Source: Acidimicrobiales bacterium (lineage in GTDB: Bacteria > Actinomycetota > Acidimicrobiia > Acidimicrobiales > Bog-793). From it: DNA of 64,000 nt. Position 1 is the first letter of the stretch. Every line of letters begins with the position of its first letter. Shown here one piece after another: positions 58,760 to 64,000 of the stretch. The translations under genes were made by a program, and so were the position numbers. The notes beneath the pieces were generated by a model. The model searched no databases, was not told where the DNA came from, and saw only the letters and a program-made list of their open reading frames with translations. The stretch covers positions 22,297 to 86,296 of the forward strand of contig JBEKYM010000008.1 in assembly GCA_049510975.1 (NCBI GenBank), written 5' to 3'.

Positions 58760-59545
58760 ATGAGATCTGCTCGCTCTTCTCGTCGCGCCCCCATGCGGGC
58801 CGCCCTCGTGGCCGCCGCCCTCTTGGCGGCCGGCTGCGGGTCCGGCGGCGCCATCCACGTCTCGACGACGGCGCCCTCGGTGCCGCCGAGCTCGGCCACA
58901 CCGGTGTCCACGCATCCGACGACCACGACTCGTGCCCCGGCCCGCAAGCGGCACCCGACCACGACGACCACGAGCACGTCGACGACCGGGCTCGGTGTGA
59001 CACAGCCGACGGGCACGACGCCGTTGCCATCTCCCTCCTGTGCCGTCCCGCCGCTCCAGCCGCCGGCAGCGGGCCTCGTCGTCGGGCGTGTCACCGCCGT
59101 CGGCGACTCGGTCATGATCGACCTCGAACCGTCGCTCGAAGCCGACGTGAAGGGGATCGCCTTCGACGCCGTCGTCGGCCAGCAGTGGTCCGACGGCATC
59201 GGCGAGGTCCAGCAGCTCCGGTCCGACGGACAGCTCGGGTCCGTCGTCGTCATCGAGCTCGGGACGAACGGCCCCATCTCTGCCGGGCTCTTCGACGAGA
59301 TGATGGCGCAGCTCCAAGGCGTCTCGCGAGTCGTGTTCGTGACGAACTACGTGCCGGACTCTTACGAGACGTCCAACAACGACATCATCATCTCGGGCGC
59401 CGCTCAGTACAAGAACGCCGCCGTGGCGAACTGGTACGCATTGGCGGCTGCCAACCCAGGGTGGCTCTGCCCGGACGGCTACCACCTGTCCTGTGGCGGG
59501 CCCGGCGCCGGCGAGCTGGCTGGCCTGATCGCGAAGTGCGTCTGA
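58760..59545 (+). CDS. SGNH-hydrolase-domain lipoprotein (OatA C-terminal-like)
   Basis: Lipobox AAGC, Thr/Pro linker, GDSV, LGTNG and DGYH. Start is 58760 or 58793. Confidence 0.8.
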   Translation: MRSARSSRRAPMRAALVAAALLAAGCGSGGAIHVSTTAPSVPPSSATPVSTHPTTTTRAPARKRHPTTTTTSTSTTGLGVTQPTGTTPLPSPSCAVPPLQPPAAGLVVGRVTAVGDSVMIDLEPSLEADVKGIAFDAVVGQQWSDGIGEVQQLRSDGQLGSVVVIELGTNGPISAGLFDEMMAQLQGVSRVVFVTNYVPDSYETSNNDIIISGAAQYKNAAVANWYALAAANPGWLCPDGYHLSCGGPGAGELAGLIAKCV

Positions 59546-59648
59546 TCCCAGAGGCCGAGCCGGCCGGCTGACCGGCCCCATCGGTCACGAGAGCGGCGAG
59601 GTTCGACCAGACTGACGAGGCGACGTTTCACAGACAGGAGCATGTGCC

Positions 59649-60353
59649 ATGGAGCTTCACGAGGCGCTGTACACGACTCGGGCGATGCGGCGTGTCCGCC
59701 CGGACCCGATCCCGATCGACGCCCAAGCCCGCATCCTCGACGCCGCCATCCGTGCGCCGAGCGGGGGGAACTCGCAGCCGTGGCGTTTCGTGCTCGTCGA
59801 CTCGCCGGCGCTCAAGGCCGAGCTCGGCCCGCTCTATCGCGAGAGCATGGCGGCGCTCTGGGCCACGGGCTACAAGGAGCGCGTGGAGAGTGCGCTTGCT
59901 CACCCCGAGCTCCCCGCCAGCCAGTCGTTCCTGAAGGTGCAGCGCTCGGCTCAATGGCTGGCTGACCACTACGAGGACGTCCCGCTCTACCTGTTCTGCT
60001 TCGTCCGAGGCAGTGCCGGCGCCGGCGGAGGCTCGATCTACCCAGCAGCCTGGAGCGCCCAGCTGGCAGCTCGGGCCGAGGGGATCGGGAGCGCCCTCAC
60101 TTCGGTGCTCGGCGCCTCTCACCCCGCCGAGGTGCGCCGTATCCTGCAGGTGCCCGACGATGCCTGGACGAACAGCTGCATGCTCTCGTTCGGCTACCCG
60201 ACCGGGCGCTGGGGCGTGGCCGAGCGCCTGAGCGTCGACAAGGTGGCGGCACGAAACTCCTGGAACGGTGATCTCGGTTGCTCCGTACCGGCGCCGCTGT
60301 GGCCGTCCGCCCTCGGGGAGGCGGCCGAAGCCGCCGCCAAACCCGCATCGTGA
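59649..60353 (+). CDS. Nitroreductase family protein
   Basis: TTRAMRR, APSGGNSQPWRF, GSIYPA, LAARAEGIG and GYP. Confidence 0.88.
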   Translation: MELHEALYTTRAMRRVRPDPIPIDAQARILDAAIRAPSGGNSQPWRFVLVDSPALKAELGPLYRESMAALWATGYKERVESALAHPELPASQSFLKVQRSAQWLADHYEDVPLYLFCFVRGSAGAGGGSIYPAAWSAQLAARAEGIGSALTSVLGASHPAEVRRILQVPDDAWTNSCMLSFGYPTGRWGVAERLSVDKVAARNSWNGDLGCSVPAPLWPSALGEAAEAAAKPAS

Positions 60354-61354
60354 GCGGCTTTCGCGCCATTCTCGCCGGCCAGCCGGACGGTCCGGCCGGC
60401 CGGCTCGCCACGGTGGAGGAGTCCGAGCTGCCGGACGGCGATGTCACCATCGAGGTCAACTGGTCGAGCCTCAACTACAAGGACGGCCTCGCCATCGCCG
60501 GCAAGGGCCGTGTCGTGCGCTCGTTCCCGATGGTCTGCGGAGTCGACCTCGCCGGCACCGTGCGGGCGTCGGCTTCGCCCGAGTTCTCGCCCGGCGACGA
60601 CGTGATCGTGACGGGTTTCGGGCTCGGTGAGGAGCGCTTCGGCGGCCTCGCCGAGCTCGCCCGGGTGCGCTCGGAGTGGATCGTGCGGGTGCCGGACGGC
60701 CTCGACGGGCGCCGTGCGATGGTGATCGGAACGGCAGGACTCACCTCGATGCTGTGTGTCATGGCGCTCGAGCAGCACGGCCTGACACCGGCCTCGGCGG
60801 CCGATTCCGGCCTGCCGGTCGTGGTCACGGGCGCCGCCGGCGGTGTCGGCAGCGTGGCGGTCGCCCTCCTCGGCGGGCTCGGCTACGACGTCGCCGCCGT
60901 GAGCGGGCGCAGCGAGCAGGAGCCCTACTTGCGTCGCCTCGGTGCCACGAGCGTCGTGCCGCGGGCGGAGCTCGCCGAGGCGCCCGTGCGCCCGCTCGAC
61001 GCCCAGCGCTGGGCGGGAGCCGTCGATGCCGTCGGGGGTGCGACGCTCGCCACCGTGCTGCGCCAGATGCGTTATGGCGGCTGTGTGGCTGCCTGCGGCC
61101 TCGCCGGAGGCGCCGACCTTCCGACGACCGTGCACCCGTTCATCTTGCGGGCCGTGACGCTCGCCGGCATCGAGTCCGTCCGCTGTCCGGTCGAGACGAG
61201 GCAGGTGGCTTGGCAGCGGCTGGCTGACGGGCTCCCGGCCGACCTCCTCGAGGAGATGGCCGAGGAGGTCACGCTCGCCGACGTGCCGGCGCTGGCCGAG
61301 CAGATCCTTGCCGGCCGTACCCGCGGCCGGGTCGTCGTCGCCGTGCGACGGTAG
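60350..61354 (+). CDS. acuI: YhdH/AcuI-type MDR oxidoreductase (acryloyl-CoA reductase-like)
   Basis: SSLNYKDGLA, GTAGLT, TGAAGGVGS, PFILRAVTL and GRVVV; GTGA overlap with the nitroreductase gene. Confidence 0.85.
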   Translation: MSGFRAILAGQPDGPAGRLATVEESELPDGDVTIEVNWSSLNYKDGLAIAGKGRVVRSFPMVCGVDLAGTVRASASPEFSPGDDVIVTGFGLGEERFGGLAELARVRSEWIVRVPDGLDGRRAMVIGTAGLTSMLCVMALEQHGLTPASAADSGLPVVVTGAAGGVGSVAVALLGGLGYDVAAVSGRSEQEPYLRRLGATSVVPRAELAEAPVRPLDAQRWAGAVDAVGGATLATVLRQMRYGGCVAACGLAGGADLPTTVHPFILRAVTLAGIESVRCPVETRQVAWQRLADGLPADLLEEMAEEVTLADVPALAEQILAGRTRGRVVVAVRR

Positions 61355-61372
61355 ATCGCCGGCCTGGACAGC

Positions 61373-62410
61373 GTGCCTGTCTTCGGTATCGACCCGGGTG
61401 CCTACGAAGGTGGCGGCGTGGTCGCCACGAGGGCGGAGCAGGATCCCTCCGCACGCGGTGCGGCCTCCGCCGCCGCGAGCGCCTCGGGCCTCCCGCGGCT
61501 CAGCTGGCCGGGGCGACCGGTGCGGACCGCCTTCGTGCTCGGCGGCGGCGGGAACCGAGGGGCCATCCAGGTCGGCATGCTGCGAGCGCTGAGTGAGCGC
61601 GGCATCGTCCCGGATCTGCTCGTGGGGACGTCCATCGGGGCGGTCAACGCCGCTGCCTTCGCCGGCGCCCCCACCATCGAAGGCGTCTACCTGGCGGCCG
61701 ACCTGTGGCGGCGGATCGCCGCCGAGGACGTCTTTCCCCGCGGCCGCTTCGACGGCACCTGGCGGTTCCTGCAGCGGCGGGAGGCGGTCTACCCGATTGA
61801 CGGGTTGAGGAGGGTGGTGCGGGGGTTTCTTCGGTTCGAGCACGTGGAGGACTCGCCAGTGCCGCTCGTTCTCGTCGCCACCCGCCTCGACGACGGCGCC
61901 GAGGAGTGGATCACCGCCGGCCCGGCTGTGGAGGCCGTGCTCGCCTCGGCCGCCCTCCCAGGCCTCTACCCGCCCGTCGAGCTGGCGGGATCGCACTACT
62001 TCGACGGCGGCGTGCTCGACAACGTCGCTCTGGCCGCTGCCCTCTCGGCCGGCGCCCGGCGGGTCTTCGTGCTGCTGTGCGGGTCCGTCGACATCTCCAT
62101 CCCGGTCTTCAGCCGCCCCTACGAGGCCATGTTCGCCGCCTTCGGCGTCGCCCTCACCGGCAGGCTGAAGCGGGATCTGGCCGCCGTCGGGCGCGACGTC
62201 GACGTCGTCGTCTTCGAGGGACTCATGGCGAGCGGAGGCGGCCAGCCCTCCGACTTCTCCAAGACCGAGGAGTGGATCGATCAGGGCTACCGGACGGCGC
62301 GAGCGGCGCTCGACGGCTACGACGAGGCCATGAAGGCTCGCACGGCCGCCAGTACACGGGGGCGGAGCGCGGCGGCCATCGAGCGGGCTCGAAAGACGCT
62401 CAAGCGCTGA
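61373..62410 (+). CDS. Patatin-like phospholipase
   Basis: GGGGNRG, GTSIG and DGG. Confidence 0.9.
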   Translation: MPVFGIDPGAYEGGGVVATRAEQDPSARGAASAAASASGLPRLSWPGRPVRTAFVLGGGGNRGAIQVGMLRALSERGIVPDLLVGTSIGAVNAAAFAGAPTIEGVYLAADLWRRIAAEDVFPRGRFDGTWRFLQRREAVYPIDGLRRVVRGFLRFEHVEDSPVPLVLVATRLDDGAEEWITAGPAVEAVLASAALPGLYPPVELAGSHYFDGGVLDNVALAAALSAGARRVFVLLCGSVDISIPVFSRPYEAMFAAFGVALTGRLKRDLAAVGRDVDVVVFEGLMASGGGQPSDFSKTEEWIDQGYRTARAALDGYDEAMKARTAASTRGRSAAAIERARKTLKR

Positions 62411-62425
62411 GCCCGGCGCGGTGCC

Positions 62426-63667
62426 TCAGCTCAGCTGGGCGGACTCCGGCTCGACTCGATACGACGTGGCGGCGCCGACTCCCATGCGCTCGGCCTGCCC
62501 GCGCAGGCGCAGGTACTCGAGGTGGGCGTACGTCTCGCTCTCGGCCATCATCCCCCATACAGCCGGGCGAAACAGCTCCCTGCTCAACTCGACGACCGTC
62601 GCCGGCCCGAGGGCGGCGCTGATCCTGCGGAGCTCGTCGAGACGGCCCTCGTGATGGGCGACGATGCTGTCGATGCGCCCTGGCAGATCGGCGAAGGGCT
62701 GGCCGTGGGCGGGCAGCACGAGAGAGACCTCGCCGAGCCGGCGTAGTCCCTGCAGCGACTCGAGGTACGACCCGAGCGGGTCGGCGAGCGGCGACAGGCC
62801 GGGCACGTGCGGGGTGATCGTCGGCAGGACGTGATCGCCCGAGAGGAGGAGCTTGGCCTCGGCGTCGAACAGGCAGACGTGGTCGCCGGTGTGGCCCGGC
62901 GTGTGCAGCACCTCCCAGTCACGTCCGGCGAGCCGCAGGTGGTCGCCGCCCCGGACGAAGTGCGTGGGGACGGGCGGTCGCATGTAGGGCAGCAGGTGCC
63001 AGCGGGCGAGGCGGGTCATCCAGATGCTGCGTCGCAAGTGGGGGATGGGCGAGCCGCCCCACGGAGTCTCGGCGCTCTTGATCGAGAAGAAACCCGTGTC
63101 GTCGTCGACGGCAACCTCGTCGCCCTCGCCCTCTGCGCCTGCCTCGTCGCCCGCGGCCGACGGCACGAGCAGCTCGGAACAGGCGTCCGGTCCGGCGGCG
63201 TGCACGTGACCGGCGTGGGGGTCGTTGCCGGCGGTGGCCGATGCCGGGCCGAGCGCCGTGCTCGGGCGCGGGAAGGCGGCCATGGCGTTCGGCTCGAGCC
63301 AGGTGTGAAAACGGCGCTCGGTCACGAGCTCGGCACCCGCCTCGTGGGCGAGCCGCCCGGCACTGCCGAAGTGATCAGGGTGCGAGTGGGTGACGATGAC
63401 CGTGTGGACGTCGCTCACCTGGAGTCCGGCGGCCTTCAGGCGGGTGCCGAGGGCCTGCCACGTCGCCCGCCCGGGCATGCCGGCGTCGACGATCGTCGCA
63501 CCCCGACCGTCGACGAGGGCGTAGCAGTTCACGTGCCCGAGCCCGGAGAAGAAGATCGGGATCTGCAGCCGCAGCACCGACGGCCCGACTTCGGTCACCT
63601 CCGTCGATGCGCCTTGCTGCTCCTGCTTGAGCGGGCGGGGCCGCGGCTCGTCGGCCGCCTCGGTCAC
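62426..63667 (-). CDS. MBL-fold metallo-hydrolase
   Basis: THSHPDH, HTPGHT, SGDHVL, PAHG and a C-terminal winged-helix-like region. Confidence 0.87.
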   Translation of the reverse strand: MTEAADEPRPRPLKQEQQGASTEVTEVGPSVLRLQIPIFFSGLGHVNCYALVDGRGATIVDAGMPGRATWQALGTRLKAAGLQVSDVHTVIVTHSHPDHFGSAGRLAHEAGAELVTERRFHTWLEPNAMAAFPRPSTALGPASATAGNDPHAGHVHAAGPDACSELLVPSAAGDEAGAEGEGDEVAVDDDTGFFSIKSAETPWGGSPIPHLRRSIWMTRLARWHLLPYMRPPVPTHFVRGGDHLRLAGRDWEVLHTPGHTGDHVCLFDAEAKLLLSGDHVLPTITPHVPGLSPLADPLGSYLESLQGLRRLGEVSLVLPAHGQPFADLPGRIDSIVAHHEGRLDELRRISAALGPATVVELSRELFRPAVWGMMAESETYAHLEYLRLRGQAERMGVGAATSYRVEPESAQLS

Positions 63668-64000
63668 CCGGCCTCACCCTGCGAGCCGCCGCCGGTGTCC
63701 GCGGGGGCGGCGCCGCCCGCCGCCGGAGCCGCCGAAGCGGGGCCGGTGATGAAGTTCTCGCGGTAGTAGGCGAGCTCGGCGACGCTCTCGCGGACGTCGT
63801 CCATCGCCCGGTGGGCGGTCTGCTTGTGCGGCCTGGCGGCGTATACCTCCGGGCTCCAGCGCTTGCAGAGCTCCTTCAACGTGGAGACGTCGATCGAGCG
63901 GTAGTGAAACCACTCGTCGAGCTCGGGCGCATGTTCCTGCAGGAAACGGCGGTCGACCCCGATCGAGTTGCCGCACAGCGGGACGACGCCGCCCTCGGGG
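63664..64000 (-). CDS. orn: Oligoribonuclease, 5'-truncated by window edge
   Basis: [14 protein letters not shown]...[18 protein letters not shown]...[18 protein letters not shown]. Confidence 0.92.
   Translation of the reverse strand, partial: PEGGVVPLCGNSIGVDRRFLQEHAPELDEWFHYRSIDVSTLKELCKRWSPEVYAARPHKQTAHRAMDDVRESVAELAYYRENFITGPASAAPAAGGAAPADTGGGSQGEAG

Overview
High-GC actinobacterial-type chromosomal window (gene content suggests Acidimicrobiia; taxonomy is inference). It holds about 60 genes and no rRNA, tRNA, CRISPR array or mobile element that I could recognise. Main contents in order: a secreted-hydrolase locus (S53 peptidase with IPT/TIG repeats, large phosphoesterase with a PGRS-like tail); an ECF41 sigma factor divergent from a VOC-uvrA2 operon; an AfsR/SARP regulator; a sulfate ABC transporter (sbp-cysT-cysW-cysA); two PBPs; tandem WS/DGAT genes; a SigM-like sigma/anti-sigma pair; Fur; a GH29 fucosidase; a Cys-free DksA/TraR-like protein; egtB; atuA; bcp; and a partial orn. 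The standout is a two-gene unit at 44881-46403. A nitrobindin/FABP-like (DUF1794) heme beta-barrel gene ends in a typical encapsulin cargo-loading peptide (DGGLGIGDLR) and overlaps, by GTGA, a Family 1 encapsulin gene. This is a candidate nanocompartment with a cargo type I do not recognise from characterised systems. Several promoter and operator motifs can also be read directly from the DNA: twin ECF41 promoters, a SigM-type promoter, PHO-box-like repeats and SARP-like repeats. Family assignments come from motif recognition, not database searches.
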